Shown one piece after another: positions 43,826-55,498 of a stretch of 64,000 nt of DNA (the first letter of the stretch is position 1; every line of letters begins with the position of its first letter). The stretch lies in contig OZ024741.1 of assembly GCA_964016885.1 (NCBI GenBank), positions 236,220,001 through 236,284,000 of the forward strand, in the 5' to 3' direction. The notes beneath the pieces are model-generated. The model was not told the DNA's origin, searched no databases, and was given only the letters and a program-made list of their open reading frames with translations. Made by a program: the position numbers and the translations under genes. The DNA comes from Eledone cirrhosa. Its lineage: Eukaryota.

Positions 43826-45266
43826 AACAATTAAGTTAAAAATGTACATCCACATATGTATACTGAAATACTAGTATGCATATGAATACACACACGTATA
43901 CATATGTAGATGTACCGAGTTTTTCACTGGTCACTTTACTGTGAGTGTCCAGCTATTCTGTATGTAAACACACAGACAAACCGGTTTTTAGAGTCATACT
44001 GGTTTTTGAGGAAACACCTTTCCTCTATTCTCCAGAAAGCCAGACAAGGAATATTGAACTAGTTTTGATGTTGTTACATCTCATCAGCAATATTTACCTA
44101 TCTTCCGGCCTCTCTAGAGAATCGTAAAAGCACATATCGTTATATGCTTTTTCTATGAAAATTAGTAGTGGGCAGACTAATTTGCATAGAGCGTGAGTAC
44201 GTACCGGTTCAACGGAGACGATAAAAACAAATAACGAAACGAAATTAAATTTCGTTTCGTTTGTAACTCACTTTTGTATGACTGACGCTTAAACAATTAA
44301 GTTAAAAATGTACATCCACATATGTATACTGAAATACTAGTATGCATATGAATACACACACGTATACATATGTAGATGTACCGAGTTTTTCACTGGTCAC
44401 TTTACTGTGAGTGTCCAGCTATATGTGCTTTTACGATTCTCTAGAGAGGCCGGAAGATAGGTAAATATTGCTGATGAGATGTAACAACATCGAAACTAGA
44501 TCAATATTCCTTGTCTGGCTTTCTGGAGAATAGAGGAAAGGTGTTTCCTCAAAAACCAGTATGACTCTAAAAACCGGTTTGTCTGTGTGTTTACATACAG
44601 AATAGCTGGACACTCACAGTAAAGTGACCAGTGAAAAACTCGGTACATCTACATATGTATACGTGTGTGTATTCATATGCATACTAGTATTTCAGTATAC
44701 ATATGTGGATGTACATTTTTAACTTAATTGTTTAAGCGTCAGTCATACAAAAGTGAGTTACAAACGAAACGAAATTTAATTTCGTTTCGTTATTTGTTTT
44801 TATCGTCTCCGTTGAACCGGTACGTACTCACGCTCTATGCAAATTAGTCTGCCCACTACTAATTTTCATAGAAAAAGCATATAACGATATGTGCTTTTAC
44901 GATTCTCTAGAGAGGCCGGAAGATAGGTAAATATTGCTGATGAGATGTAACAACATCGAAACTAGTTCAATATTCCTTGTCTGGCTTTCTGAAGAATAGA
45001 GGAAAGGTGTTTCCTCAAAAACCAGTATGACTCTAAAAACCGGTTTGTCTGTGTGTTTACATACAGAATAGCTGGACACTCACAGTAAAGTGACCAGTGA
45101 AAAACTCGGTACATCTACATATGTATACGTGTGTGTATTCATATGCATACTAGTATTTCAGTATACATATGTGGATGTACATTTTTAACTTAATTGTTTA
45201 AGCGTCAGTCATACAAAAGTGAGTTACAAACGAAACGAAATTTAATTTCGTTTCGTTATTTGTTTT
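43825..45266 (+). mobile_element. Retrozyme-like tandem array, 466-bp unit, ~1.8 sense units plus ~1.3 inverted 5' units
   Basis: Period 466 (44431 vs 44897); inversion junction ~44420; one HHR per unit; flanked by (TA)n. Confidence 0.85.
44930..44974 (+). ncRNA. Hammerhead ribozyme of the 466-bp unit (intact copy)
   Basis: AATATTG CTGATGA GATGT aaca ACATC GAA ACTAGT T CAATATT; copies at 44464-44508 (U16.1A) and 44050-44094 (-; G12A) carry core mutations. Confidence 0.9.
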
Positions 45267-45297
<31 letters not shown>

Positions 45298-45321
45298 TAT
45301 ATATACTGCCAAGACTGGAAT

Positions 45322-45361
<40 letters not shown>

Positions 45362-45382
45362 CATATACATGTATATATATAT

Positions 45383-45472
<90 letters not shown>

Positions 45473-45493
45473 ATATATATATATGTGTATATG

Positions 45494-45601
<108 letters not shown>

Positions 45602-45616
45602 CATATATATATATAT

Positions 45617-47735
45617 AATGAAAAATTTGAACAGGGACAGAACAGAGAGGCAGTACAATAAATGTTTATTAAATTCACGCTCAGGAGAGTGGGGGGTAGG
45701 TGGGGGACGACGTTTCGGGCATAAGCTCTTCCTCAGGTGGGAAGTGTGTGGGAACAGAGTTCAAAAGGTGTGTAAGGGGAGTGGTGGAGAGACATATAGC
45801 GAAAGGAAACGGTGCGAATGAAAAATTAACAAATAAAGACAAAAATTATAAAAACAAAAAATATAAAAAATTAAAATAAAGCATGATCAAAATACAAGGA
45901 ACGAGAAAATTTAAAAATAAAGGCATGATCAAAATAAACTGAAATTAAAAGGGGGTAAACAGGTGGTGGAAGGGTGTGGGGTGAGTAGGGGTGGTGGCGG
46001 GTGGAGTGGGGAGAGGGAGACGGGGTGTCCGAGCGGGGAGGGCTGAAGGTGGTGTGTGTGTGTAGGTGTGCGTGTGTGTGTGTGTGTGTGTGTATGTGAA
46101 AGTGAGGGTTGGGGGAAGAACGGGGTTGCATGTTCAGGAAGAGGTGTGTGTGGGGGTGTTTATGTGGGTCGGAGTGTCTGTGCGTGTGTGGATAGGGGGT
46201 GGGGGGAGAGGAATCAGGAGGCTGAGGGTGTAAATATGTGGTGGGAAGCACGTGTGTTTGGGGTTTAAGCGTGTTGTGGGTGTGGGTGGCGTGTGGAGAA
46301 AAAATTTTTTTTTGGGGTGTGTGTGTGGGTGAGTTATATAGGTGATGGTGTAAGAGGATGGTTGAAAAGTTGGTAAGTTCCAAGGATGTTTGGAGATTTG
46401 GTTATAAGTCAATTTCTGCGTGTGGGTAATCCATGAAGCGGTGGTCGGAAGAGGAGAGATGTGGGGTGCACGCGCAACAGGAAGTGGTCAGCAGTGGGAG
46501 TGCTGTGGTCAGAAGGGCATAGCAGCAGTCGGTGGAATGGTAGGGAGGCGAGGATGGGTAGGTGTGAGAGTTGGAGTGAGGTGGGTATGTGTGTGTGTGT
46601 ATTAGTAGGGGTGTTAGTGGGATGAGTGGGTGTGGAGCGGGGGTGTGGGTGGAGCGGGGAGAGAAGGGTGTGTGTGGTTCTATGGAGGGAGTGTGGTGTA
46701 CTGGTGTGTGTGTAGTTTGGTGAAGAGGTGTTAGTGGGTGTTAGTATACGGGAGGTGGGGAGGGGTGGAATGCGGGTGTGAGTGGGGGTTAGTGGTGGTA
46801 GGGTGTGTAGAGTTGGTGGTGTACGAGGGTGTGTGGGTACGTGTGCGTGGGGTTGGGGGGTGTTAGTGATGTTAGTTGCGTGTGGGGTGGGTGGTGTAAG
46901 TGGGTGCGTGTGTGCGTGTGATAAGGAGGGGGAGGGGGAGAAGAGGGGAGGGGAGGGATGTTAGTATGTTAGTTGGGGAAGGGTGGTCAGATGAGGGGTG
47001 GAGTGGAGGTGTTAGTATTGTTAGTGTGGGGTGGGCGGTGAAAAGGAGGGGTGTGTTCGTGGTGTTAGTGGGGGATAAGTGTGGGGGGAGGGGGGCGGTC
47101 GAACGCTAAAGGAATAAGGGTGGGGAGTTCAGGCCGGGGGGAGTGTGGGTCTGTAAGATGAAGATAGTTCGTTGTTCGACCGTAAGGCGATGGGCGGGTG
47201 TTCCGTGGCACTGGAGTAGGCCACAGACTGTGAGATGGCGTGCGGAGTGTCCAGGGCCACCAAAGTGGCGGGCGATGGGGGAACTGCCCCCGAGACGAAT
47301 ATCCCGGAGGTGCTCCGTGACTCGGTCCTCCAGGCGACGTCCCGTCCGTAGACTAGGTTGGAGGAGGTGCAGCGGAAGGCATGCCGGACCGAGAGAGAGT
47401 GGCCGTTGGGACCCTGGAAGGTGGTGGTGTTGGTGATGTGGGGACAGGTGTTGGAGCGGGGCCTAGAACAGGGGAAGGAACCGGGGGGGGAACAGAGCGT
47501 GGGTTGGGGGGTAGGGAGCTGTGGACGAGGAGGGTGCGGAGATTGCGTGCGCGTTTGAAGGAGGGGAGTGGTGGGGTTGGGAAGATGTGGGAGGTGGAGG
47601 GGTCGGACTGGAGGCGTCGGAAGAGGCGGCGGATGGTGCGGTGGAGGGGTAAGGTGGAGGGGTGGTAGGTGATGGGGAAGGGGAGACGGTGGGTGGGTGT
47701 GCGGTGGCGTGGGGTGAGGGTGGTGGAGCGGGACG
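45617..47735 (-). mobile_element. Neptune-type PLE 3' portion (linker, Zn-knuckle, damaged GIY-YIG, CA-rich 3' UTR/pLTR)
   Basis: RLPFPITYHP..FKRARNLRTLLVHS; PCSRPRSNTCP; RRLEDRVTEHLRDIR..PIARHF; HHR at 45707-45738. Confidence 0.85.
45707..45738 (-). ncRNA. Minimal hammerhead ribozyme
   Basis: ac CTGAGGA a GAGC ttat GCCC GAA ACGT C gt. Confidence 0.7.
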
Positions 47736-49512
47736 TGGGTGTTTCAACCTTACATTTGTAGACAATGTTACTAGAGAGGCATTTCCCGGATAGGGGGCAA
47801 TCAACCCGATTCCTACAATTACAGTTATTACTAACTACAGGATTGCACGTGTCCCTACGGCTAGGTAGTTTAGCTAAATTTGAAGCTGTGATGTTATGTG
47901 CAAGGTTAGAAGTCGTAGAGTAAGAAATTTTAATAGTATTTCTATTAAAAATGTTACTATATTTATGTGTAGAGGGAAAATGCTTCGTAATAAGGGAAAA
48001 AAAGATCTTAGCTAATGGTGTGGCCACCTCCATATTATATGGTGGGTTATACCAACAAATGCGACGGGATCTATTTCTTCTAGGTCTATTTTCGTACTCT
48101 GTATATGCTACCTTATCGACAAATCCACTCCGAGCAAGAGCTTCATCGTAATAAGTGGAATGGTCGTTGAAAATATGCTCGTTAGTAGATAGACGGGAAA
48201 GCCTCAACGAAACGTTTCTTACCAGGTTCTTGGTTATGCTGGCAGGATGGTTGGAATGCTTACTTATGTAATTAAGCGTATCATTCGGCTTTCTATACGG
48301 GTAATACAACCCATTCAATAAATTGAGGGTAACGTCGAGGTAATTAACGACCGAGAGATTGGCCTCAACCTGTATAGAGAGGTTGAAGCCTTTAAAGAAG
48401 GCTGTGAGTTCTTTTCTGAACCTGTCGCAATCACGAGGTCCGTACTTAGTCATGGTCAAAAGACCATCATCACGGCACAAACCACCGCCCGCGTTGGGGA
48501 ATTCGTCCTTGATAGAGAAAAGAAGGAAAAGGCCGATAAGATCAGTAACCTCCGCAGCATCACTGGCGCCCATACTCACGTCGAATGGGGTACTATTGGA
48601 TTTTTTAATCCAAATAGAGTCATCGAAATTAATCACCGACTTACGGGCATTGAGGATGACATCAACTTCGAAATCCTTAACCACTGTGAGTGTTTTAGCG
48701 AAATTGATAGCTGTAAGGAGAAGTAGTAAAGTGATGGAGGAGTAGTAATTGTTGATGTCGAATTGGATAAAACGGCAATGTTCCTTGTTGCATATGCCGT
48801 TGAACCAATCAATCACCGCGAAAGAATTGTTCCACAGTGCAAGAGGGGCCCAACTTCTAATTTCAGGTATAATTCTATCAAGAATCGTTTTACTAAGTCT
48901 ATCTAAATCGGACTTGGTAGGGTTAATAAGCCGAATAGAGGGGTTGTTCGGAAAATTGGATTTGTGATCCTTCAGGGTAAAGTGGGGAGAAATAGGGTCC
49001 AGAGGTTCGGTCCGGTCCAGGATGTTGAGATCAGATGTAATTTTAAACCCAGCATCGTTGATTTCATTGATGACGCACCGATTAGTTTGACGGTAATCCT
49101 TAGTTACAGCATTATGTAGTAGTTGATGGTAAGTACTGCGCTCCACTTGATATAGGTTGCCAGTTTTGTCGGAATGGACGTGCACGGCATTAGAATCCTT
49201 AATAGAACGAATTCTGTTCTTCAGGTCCTGCTGGAAGGAATTGCTCCTATTTCGAAATTTGATACTCTGAATGAGTTCCAAGACAACATTTTCGAAGGGT
49301 AGCAATGCTGGGTTACACGGGGGATTATTATAGGTTTTAAATCCAAATTTATCCTGTTTGTTGTCTGCTTTACGCGGATTATGGAAATAAAAGGCACGCC
49401 AACGCAACCTTTTAATGAACGCGTCTGTTTTCTGTATCAGGAGTTTTAGGTATGTTTTCCTGCTTGGTACGGGTATGTTCTTTGTAGAAATATTCAGATG
49501 TTGTTTCTGCAT
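47353..49512 (-). CDS. Naiad-type Penelope-like reverse transcriptase (719 aa), C-terminus replaced by Neptune-type sequence
   Basis: STKNIP, DKTGNLY, TLKDHK..RLINP, FDINNYYSSI, MGASDAAEVTDLIG, GLCRDDG (YRDD to CRDD), NYLDVTL, SNHP, WYNPPY, CxCx5Cx5C knuckle; GIY-YIG truncated after IVYKC. Confidence 0.9.
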   Translation of the reverse strand: MQKQHLNISTKNIPVPSRKTYLKLLIQKTDAFIKRLRWRAFYFHNPRKADNKQDKFGFKTYNNPPCNPALLPFENVVLELIQSIKFRNRSNSFQQDLKNRIRSIKDSNAVHVHSDKTGNLYQVERSTYHQLLHNAVTKDYRQTNRCVINEINDAGFKITSDLNILDRTEPLDPISPHFTLKDHKSNFPNNPSIRLINPTKSDLDRLSKTILDRIIPEIRSWAPLALWNNSFAVIDWFNGICNKEHCRFIQFDINNYYSSITLLLLLTAINFAKTLTVVKDFEVDVILNARKSVINFDDSIWIKKSNSTPFDVSMGASDAAEVTDLIGLFLLFSIKDEFPNAGGGLCRDDGLLTMTKYGPRDCDRFRKELTAFFKGFNLSIQVEANLSVVNYLDVTLNLLNGLYYPYRKPNDTLNYISKHSNHPASITKNLVRNVSLRLSRLSTNEHIFNDHSTYYDEALARSGFVDKVAYTEYENRPRRNRSRRICWYNPPYNMEVATPLAKIFFSLITKHFPSTHKYSNIFNRNTIKISYSTTSNLAHNITASNLAKLPSRRDTCNPVVSNNCNCRNRVDCPLSGKCLSSNIVYKCKVETPTSRSTTLTPRHRTPTHRLPFPITYHPSTLPLHRTIRRLFRRLQSDPSTSHIFPTPPLPSFKRARNLRTLLVHSSLPPNPRSVPPPVPSPVLGPAPTPVPTSPTPPPSRVPTATLSRSGMPSAAPPPT

Positions 49513-49750
49513 GATGAATATAAGTCAATAGAGTGCTCAACCGAGGGAGCCAAATAGTAATAATAATAAATTTGAAGACTAAAATCCAAAGAGGGCTCGA
49601 TAAGGATAAATATATATCAAATAAATAAGAACCGTAGAGCAAATATTTATTAAAATAACACACTGGGATAATTGTTAGTTTCAGAAGATCCCGTTAAGGG
49701 TGAAAGCAGCGATTCTTTGCTTAAACTTTAATCTGTTATTTTAATAAATA
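49513..49750 (-). mobile_element. Naiad 5' leader plus inverted pLTR fragment
   Basis: 49678-49750 is a pLTR segment in opposite orientation; identical to 20829-20901. Confidence 0.8.
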
Positions 49751-49881
49751 ATATATATATATATATGTATTTTAACGATAGTTATAGCTCTGATTTTTCC
49801 AAATTATTGAGCCCTCTGCCACATATATCGGATATTGTTTATCGTGATTTCGTGGGCTGATATTCCGATTCTCGATTATTC

Positions 49882-49919
<38 letters not shown>

Positions 49920-49922
<3 letters not shown>

Positions 49923-50131
49923 TAACCTCGGCGGGATTTGAACTCAGACCATAAAGGGCCGTAACTCTTTGCTGCAAACATGGCGTCCGACCCGCTATCG
50001 GTACTGCCAATCCACCGCCATTCTCTAATAATAATTGTTTCTACTTTTGGCACAAGGCCAGCAATTACCCAGTGGATTACTGGTACTTTATTTTATCGAC
50101 CCCGTAAGGATGAAAGGCAAAGTTAACTATA

Positions 50132-50168
<37 letters not shown>

Positions 50169-50285
50169 ATATAATAATAATAATAATATTTATTATATTA
50201 CGGCTCTGTCCTCAGACATTGAGCTAACCTCATACTGCCTGCTGGATAAGTGGAGTGTTATACACCCCTGATCCTTTCCCTAGCA

Positions 50286-50375
<90 letters not shown>

Positions 50376-50810
50376 TTTTAAAAAGTAAACAGAACAAAAA
50401 AGAGAAAAACGAAGAGGCAGTACAAATGATATTATTATTAGAGAATGGTGGTGGATTGGCAGTATCGATAGAGGGTCGGATGCCATCTATGCAGCATAGA
50501 GTTACGGCCCTTTATGGTCTCAGTTCAAATCCCGCCGGGTTAACTTTGCCTTTCATCTTTACGGGGTCGATAAAATAAAGTACCAGTAATACACTGGGAT
50601 AATTGCTGGCCTTGTGCCAAAAGTAGAAACAATTATTATTAGAGGGCGGTGGATTGGCAGTATCGGTAGAGGGTCGGACGCCCTGCTTTGACGCATAGAG
50701 TTACGGCCCTTGCCATTCTGAGTTCAAATCCCGCCGGGGTTAACTTTGCCTTTTATCCCTACGGGGTCGATAAAATAAAGTACCAGTAATACACTGGTTA
50801 ATTGCTGGCC
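49920..50810. mobile_element. Cluster of young OK-type SINEs (partial tandem on - at 49920-50127; tandem pair on + at 50441-50810)
   Basis: High identity to 9741-9926. Confidence 0.85.
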
Positions 50811-50892
50811 TATATATATATGTGTGTATATATCTATATATCTATATATATGTATGTATAGGTATGTATATATATATGTGTGTGTGTATGTG

Positions 50893-51087
<195 letters not shown>

Positions 51088-51455
51088 GTATATATATGTA
51101 TATAGTGAGCAAAGGCACTGCAAAAAGCCAGTCCCACTCTGTTAACCAAGATGATATTTAGAAAAATGCCCTGACAAAGCCTAAGGGTCCCCACTCCCAG
51201 TGATTTAACCACGCGATCGGGTAATTAGCCCGATTATTTCTATTTCCCCGCGCATATACATACACATGCATACATGTATCATATATACATATTTACACAT
51301 TTTTGGATGGCCGTTCACTCTTATGAGTTATTCCGCCCTTTGTCAGGTTTTGTTTTTTGTCCTGCAGGGTGTCCAAAATCACCTGGTGGAGTTGCCAGTT
51401 TAGTCGCCGACGACTCGACCACGCGACAGGTTGTACTGGGTTACATACATACATA

Positions 51456-51974
51456 CATGGTGGCTGCCAACTCGTTTTCGAGTACGGCCACTACTTTATA
51501 TCCATGTAGGAGAACACCTACTGATGCGCTGAACGAGTGTGACTTTTTAGTGCAGCCAGCGACTTGAAAACTCTGGTACAAACACTACAATTGTGACAAT
51601 TACTGACACATAGTGCTGGGCCCATTGTACCCTGTGATGACAAGTGCAGAGAGATCTCCAGATATAAAGCAATGCCTGTGCCGTGAAGCTTTTATAGTGA
51701 GCAAAGGCACTGCATAAAGCCAGTCCCACTCTCTTAACCAAGATGATATTTACCAAAAAGAAGAACAAGTCAACATCATTGGATACCATCAGGGTTGCAG
51801 GTGCTATATCAGAGTTTTCCTTCTCCCAGAATTCTGCCTTGAGTAGTGTTTGTACCAGAGTTTTCAAGTCGCTGGCTGGACTAAAAAGTCACACTTGTTC
51901 AGCACATCGGTAGGGGTTCTCCTACATGGATATAAAGTAGTGGCCGTACTCGAAAACGAGTTGGCAGCCACCAT
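51456..51974. repeat. Inverted repeat (~130-bp arms, ~255-bp spacer), unclassified element
   Basis: 51456-51588 vs 51843-51974; part of the spacer repeats 51100-51160. Confidence 0.7.
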
Positions 51975-52003
51975 ATATATGTATATAAGTATATATATAT
52001 ACA

Positions 52004-52075
<72 letters not shown>

Positions 52076-52256
52076 GGTGTTAAAGTTTGCTTGAAGCATT
52101 GTGAAATGTGTAAAAATACGTATTTAAGAAAGCCACACCTTTGTTTTGTTTTCATCTTTGTCTCTCTCAATTTTCACTTTCACCTGTTTTTCCTATCTAT
52201 ATTTCACTTCCTACCTCGAGATTTCCCTTTGCATTGTTGTGGCTTTCTTAAATACG

Positions 52257-52327
<71 letters not shown>

Positions 52328-52340
52328 TTATATATATATA

Positions 52341-52745
52341 TAATAACTAGAAATTGATTAACATATAAATAAACATGAATAATCACAGGAGATTATTTTT
52401 ACAAGTGTGTAACCACACATAGCTAGGTAGGTAACTAAAAAAGTTGACCAGAACTTCAAAAATAGATACCTGAGGAAGATTAATCATATTATAAGGTATC
52501 TATTTTTGAAGTTCTGGTCAACTTTTTTAGTTACCAACCTAGCTATGTGTGGTTACACACTTGTAAAAATTATCTCCTGTGATTATTCATGTTTATTTAT
52601 ATGTTAATCAATTTCTAGTTATTATAAAATGCTCGGACCTACTCGTTAGAATCTTAGGGTTTATTTTGCGGGTGATATGGCGCATGTCTTTCTGGCATGA
52701 TACCCATAATTTTGATTTAGATTAAATTCATTTGATTTATCTTAA
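52341..52745 (+). mobile_element. Fold-back pLTR-type element (no clear HHR); second copy at 62120-62820
   Basis: Arms 52341-52471 / 52493-52625; 62120-62276 / 62664-62820. Confidence 0.75.
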
Positions 52746-53567
52746 TTTTGTATATATATATATATATAATTATATATATATATATTAGTTATGTAATAAA
52801 CAACATAAGATAATTATTTCATTTACCAGTGGTTTCTGGAAAGCAACCAAAATTGCTTTCATTCATCAGAATGAAAAAATCCTGCTGTCTATATTTGTAT
52901 TAATCTCCCGAGTCTTACAATTAACCTGTTAATAATTCTATTGAAAGATTAATTGCATAAGTTTATTTTAAAACTACCTGGTTGAGTGTTTATTCGATTT
53001 GTGCTATTTATGCAATTTTTTGCATGATTTACACATACTGAATTCATTTGCCAAAATCTGGGGGTTTTCCCCTTGTGTGTTACGCATGTGCTTTTACAAA
53101 GCTCTGCGTTATTCACAAAGTTGGCGCAGAGCAAAATACCTGTTGATAACGTGATATTCCTTGTTCGATCATTATACCAAAAACTTATATTTTTAAGCAG
53201 ACAGTATTATTGATTTAGGTGTCATATAAACCCTGCATTTGGATTTTACCATCAATTCCAATGGGTCCAGGTCGGTTATATATGTGTATATGCATACATA
53301 TATATATATATGTATGATTTTATCATTTATTTTGTTTGACCTGTTTAGCTTGACTTGTTTTTTGGCTTAGGTGGTTAATGCCTTTTTGACCACTTTTTCA
53401 GTTTGTATGGCGTTTTAACATATATGTTTAGCTCTGTTTTTTTTTTAACTATAGAGCGCTTGCCAGCATAACTCTGATTTTGCGTTTCGTTTCGCTTTTT
53501 CTACCCTCCGAAATGCGATTCTCGCTGAATTTATATATATATATATAGTTATGTCATAAGATAGTTA

Positions 53568-53628
53568 TTTCATTTACCAGTGGTTTCTTGAAAGCAAACA
53601 AAATTTGCTTTCAGTCATCAGAATGAAA
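53568..53628 (-). ncRNA. Hammerhead ribozyme (family also at 52817-52876 - and 63221-63281 +)
   Basis: TTTCATT CTGATGA c TGAAAGCAAA ttttg TTTGCTTTCA a GAA ACCA c TGGT A AATGAAA. Confidence 0.85.
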
Positions 53629-53959
53629 AAATCCTGGTGTATTTATTGACAGTGGATTTTAAAAACAAAAATATAATCTATATGAAAGTGAGGCTGGAAA
53701 AGGAAGAAGGAAAGGAAACAGAATGAATATAAAAGTAGATAAACACACATGCACACACACACACATACACACACGCACACACACATATACATACACACAT
53801 ATATACATATATATACATATATATATATACATATATATACATATATATACATATATACACATACACACACACACATATATATATATATATACATACATAC
53901 ATATATATATATACATATCCATACATACACATACACACAAATACACAAACACACACACA

Positions 53960-54024
<65 letters not shown>

Positions 54025-54206
54025 CGAAGGAAAAGTGGTAAGGAACCAGGTGGACCATAACGCACCAAAGTACTCAATACTTAGGGTAGTAGAGTGGGTA
54101 ATAGGAACAAGTAAGACCCCGACGGCTGAGCTCAAGCCGTTTCGACGGCTAACAAGTAAGACCCCGTCGAAACGGCTTGAGCTCAGCCGTCGGGGTCTTA
54201 CTTGTT

Positions 54207-54302
<96 letters not shown>

Positions 54303-54334
54303 TATATATATATATATTTATATATAAATATTGA

Positions 54335-54845
54335 GTATATGTTGGTTGTATACCAACACCTCAGTATGCAGAATGGAGCACTCGACGAAGTGCGGCAGAT
54401 TGGTTTGGTTACTCCGGAGTAATGTAAAATAAAATAAAATAAATAAGTCAAATGTTTAAAATTTAGCTTCGTTTATTACTGCTATATATATTTCGGTGAC
54501 AGCCATCTTTGGCTGTGACCTCTTCAGGCAGTCCGAATTAGTGTGGTATAGACAAGTACATATGTTGTTGAGGTGTATAACTTTGTCAATAACTTTGATT
54601 CCAGTTCCTCAGTGAAATAACAACCCAACCAGGAACTGGGCATATCAGAGTATTGACAAAGTTATACACCTCAATAACATATGTACTTGTCTCTACCACA
54701 CTAATTCGGACTGCCTGAAGAAGTCACAGCCAAAGATGGTCTCACCGAAATATATATATAGCAGTAATAAACGAAGCTAAATTTTAAACATAAATGAAGC
54801 TAAATTTTAAACATAAACGAAGCTAAATTTTAAACATTTTATTTT
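54335..54845 (-). mobile_element. Fold-back pLTR-type element (~160-bp arms)
   Basis: Arms ~54452-54609 / 54631-54791. Confidence 0.85.
54478..54532 (-). ncRNA. Hammerhead ribozyme (mirror copy 54710-54765 +)
   Basis: ACTGC CTGAAGA GGTcACAGCCA aaga TGGCTGTcACC GAA ATATATAT A GCAGT. Confidence 0.85.
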
Positions 54846-55464
54846 ATATATATATATGTATATATAATATAAGATCAAAAGATGGTTAAAGGAGTTCCAT
54901 GTATTTTATTATGCGCATTTCAAAAACAAACATCATCATGCAATAATATTTGTGTTTTCATCAGATAAAACAGGAGAACATGATATGAAGGCTAAAAAAC
55001 ACTTGTGGATAGTGCAGTTTTAAATCAACATATAATGTGTATATATATACATATACACACACATATAATCATACATATATATACACGTACATACACACAT
55101 ACATACACATATATATACACGCATACATACGCACACACATATATAGATATATGTACCCACACCTACATACGCACACACAATTAATTATAATAAAAAATAA
55201 TAATAAAAATAAAAAATAAAAATAAAAAACAATGGACAACCATATGATGTAAAAGGCCGTCACATCAAAATAAAAAAAAAAATATATATATATATACGAC
55301 TTAAGAAAATAAAAATAAAAATTATTATAAAGTTGACAGCGATACAGGAAGGGACGCAAATAAATGAACAAACACGCGTGATAAGCAATACACACATTTA
55401 CACATACACATACATACATACATATAAATATATACATACATACACACACACATATACACACATA

Positions 55465-55492
<28 letters not shown>

Positions 55493-55498
<6 letters not shown>

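Noticed and set aside
43945-45079. Thrice-repeated 60-aa ORF
   Set aside because: GTG start, antisense to the ribozyme, no recognisable motif; it is simply part of the 466-bp unit
51547-51867. 106-aa minus-strand ORF as a host exon
   Set aside because: Overlaps inverted-repeat arms and a locally duplicated segment; no recognisable domain
52468-52525. CTGAGGA as a hammerhead core
   Set aside because: Created at the inversion junction, absent from the 62.3k copy, and no properly placed GAAA/stem III
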